In this document: positions 61,866-64,000 of the stretch, in pieces
How the letters are laid out: every line of letters starts with the position of its first letter
How positions within the stretch are numbered: position 1 is the stretch's first letter
NCBI RefSeq assembly: GCF_006345805.1
Contig: NC_043000.1
Span: 51,212,001 to 51,276,000 of the forward strand
Length of the DNA: 64,000 nt
DNA from: Octopus sinensis
Taxonomy: Eukaryota
Direction of reading: 5' to 3'
The notes under the pieces: model-generated
The model's database searches: none
Told to the model about the DNA's origin: nothing
Seen by the model: only the letters and a program-made list of their open reading frames with translations
Program-made: the position numbers and the translations under genes

Positions 61866-62369
61866 TCCATGTTACCTCTCATGGGTACTGTAGGATGCAT
61901 CATCACTGATGCTCCTGAAATTTTGGAGGGTTTTAGGTCTTTCAACATCAGACCTCACCCTCAATCACTTGACCCAGCTCAGGCTGACAAAGCCGAACCC
62001 CAGCTAAAATAAGATCGATTTCTTTATTTAAATCCAACTTGTCACTTTCTCTCGAGCTTCATACATAGACTATATCCCTCCCCACCACCACCTTCTCTGA
62101 TACATTGGTGATTCTAAGCCCATACATACATCCATACATTTCCATGTACCGAATTCACTTCCTATAAATACCTTGTGCCAAAGCATTTTGTTGTATTTTG
62201 TACATTAGGTTTGAAGGCACTTTAAGAATTCCTTTAGTTACTTCTCATCCACAAAGCAACAATGCATGAGTTTATTGTCAGTAAGATTGTAACTCAACTA
62301 AACGACCAACAACAATATTGAGTATTACTTAAATTTCAATGAACCTCTACATCGTCACATTCTGCTTGC

Positions 62370-62545
62370 TAGAAATAAATATCAGTCAAATTTGTGACCA
62401 ACTTTAAAAGACAGAAAGGAAATGTTAAATATTTTGGTCTTTGACATTCATAAAGATAGAATGGTTGTAACTGGAACATCTTTGATCATAGGTTCACTCT
62501 ATCATATTTGTCTTGTGGGTTCAACAGTAACAACAACAGCAATGC
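62370..62545 (+). mobile_element. Old family-D retroposon
   Basis: TGCTAGAAATA...ATGGTTGTAACTGGAACATCTTTGATCATAGG...AACAACAACAG. Confidence 0.55.
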
Positions 62546-63248
62546 AAAATTAATTATTGTTTCAGTTTTTTTAAGAACACCTTTGAAGGAAACATTTGAT
62601 TAAAATAAATATTGTTTATGTTCTCTAAAACTCTGATGGTTGATCTCAATCTGAAGTGAACTATATAGTGTAGCCTGATGATATTAATTGTACAAGTTCT
62701 GAAACCTTAAAAATATTCAGTATTAATATCCGCTCACATCAACTTTCACAGTAGAAATCATGGTATTAACAAAATTCCTTTGCAGACATGATTAACTTGA
62801 TAATTAGAGAAAATTGCAATAACTCTTTGCATTGTCTGTTTTTAATGAATTATTCACAATTACACAACTTAGAAATGTTTTAAATGAAGTGAGAACTGCA
62901 TAATTATTAAGATCATGAAGCCTTATAAATGTGCTTTATACATATTTCAAGTTGGGGTAAATAGGTTACACTGAAAAATTATATGTCTAATTTCTGACAA
63001 AGAATACTAAAGAATAGAAAATATTTATGATAAATAGCTGATATTATCTGCAGAATATTCCATACAAAGTTTTGCTTCAGATGAAGTCATCATCATTATT
63101 ATTACAGCAACTCATAATTTAAATTTTTTTGTAGATTTCAAGTTCAGAATTTGGTAAATGATTTTTGCACTTAAAGTTGTTGATTGTTGAAACTGCCAAA
63201 TTATTCACTAGTAATTAATTGTTTTATTATTTTTATATTATTTTCCAG

Positions 63249-63457
63249 GTGTACAGACTTTTTAAAATTCTTCTTGGATCTCGATCGAGCAGAAGTGAAC
63301 CAATACAGTAGCTGGAATTATGAAGTGTGTGGCAACATTAGCACCATACAAAAGAAACATTATTCATCTGGACGCAGTCTCATCTTAGAATTTCATTCTG
63401 ATACGGGCCCTGGAAATTACACTGGATTTCGAGGAATATTCCAGTTTTTAGACAAAA
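63249..63457 (+). CDS. sol-1: Internal coding exon (209 nt, phase-2 start, phase-1 end) encoding the C-terminal half of a CUB domain; SOL-1-like (suppressor of lurcher protein 1) CUB protein
   Basis: Polypyrimidine tract and acceptor ...ttttatattattttccAG (63247-48), then an open frame CTDFLKFFLDLDRAEVNQYSSWNYEVCGNISTIQKKHYSSGRSLILEFHSDTGPGNYTGFRGIFQFLDK, then a consensus donor GTAAGT (63458-63). CUB hallmarks: C.D.L, CG, SSG..L.LEFHSD, GF...F. The FFLDL/W/CG/YSSG.L.LEFH/TGF.G.F.F.D pattern matches my recollection of the first CUB domain of invertebrate SOL-1. The CUB exon call is firm; SOL-1 orthology is less so (~0.6). Confidence 0.85.
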
Positions 63458-64000
63458 GTAAGTGATGACTAAAAATTAAAAAAAAAAAACAAAACAATGT
63501 TGACCTTAAATTATTTTAATCACAAATTATACTAAAGTATTTGTTTATACCTTACCTTGTTACAGTTTTCACCCATAATCGCTATCAACAAATATAGAAA
63601 GAAATATTAATGTTAAATTTATCAAACTATTTTTACATCATATTCCAGCTTGCAGTTTTTGACCTTATGCTTAATAGGGTAATCACCAAAATATATTAAC
63701 GACTGAAACCGTAGCAAGTTTTGCTAGTTAAGAAAAAAATAAAGGCAATTATTTCAGAATTTTTAGAAAATTTCTTAGTTTCATCCATAACTATCAGCAA
63801 ATAAGTGAAAGTTGATTACTCTTTTTTCTGACATTTTTTTGCATGATATTTCTTCAGGTACATATTGGGTTCCAAAGCATTTAATTAATTTAAATTAAGA
63901 ATATTTATTATACTCACAATAGAAATTAATCAACTGGAAATATTCTTAAACATTCTCTTAATATACTTACAGTTAAAGTATAAATGAGAATTAGACATAT

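Overview
Eukaryotic, AT-rich (roughly 30% GC by eye), microsatellite-dense genomic DNA. The SINE families point to a cephalopod, very likely Octopus (inference from recalled repeat families). Only one protein-coding exon is supportable: 63249-63457 (+), the C-terminal half of a CUB domain resembling SOL-1 (suppressor of lurcher-1, a glutamate-receptor auxiliary protein). It starts mid-codon and mid-domain, so the preceding ~63 kb is probably one very large intron. The rest is transposon landscape: at least five tRNA-SINE or SINE-like families (several nested, with clean target-site duplications), a ~2.1 kb decayed R4/Dong-type LINE (RT, zinc knuckle, restriction-like endonuclease), CR1-type and RTE-type LINE fragments, and a non-autonomous Helitron. 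Almost all ORFs in the supplied track are microsatellite or repeat artefacts. The best find is a structurally complete type I hammerhead ribozyme on the minus strand (12601-12697), with an unusually long helix II, inside a ~325 bp Penelope/retrozyme-like insert in a (TA)n tract. Three further loci carry partly decayed hammerhead-like motifs. All structures and alignments were read by eye; nothing was computed or searched.
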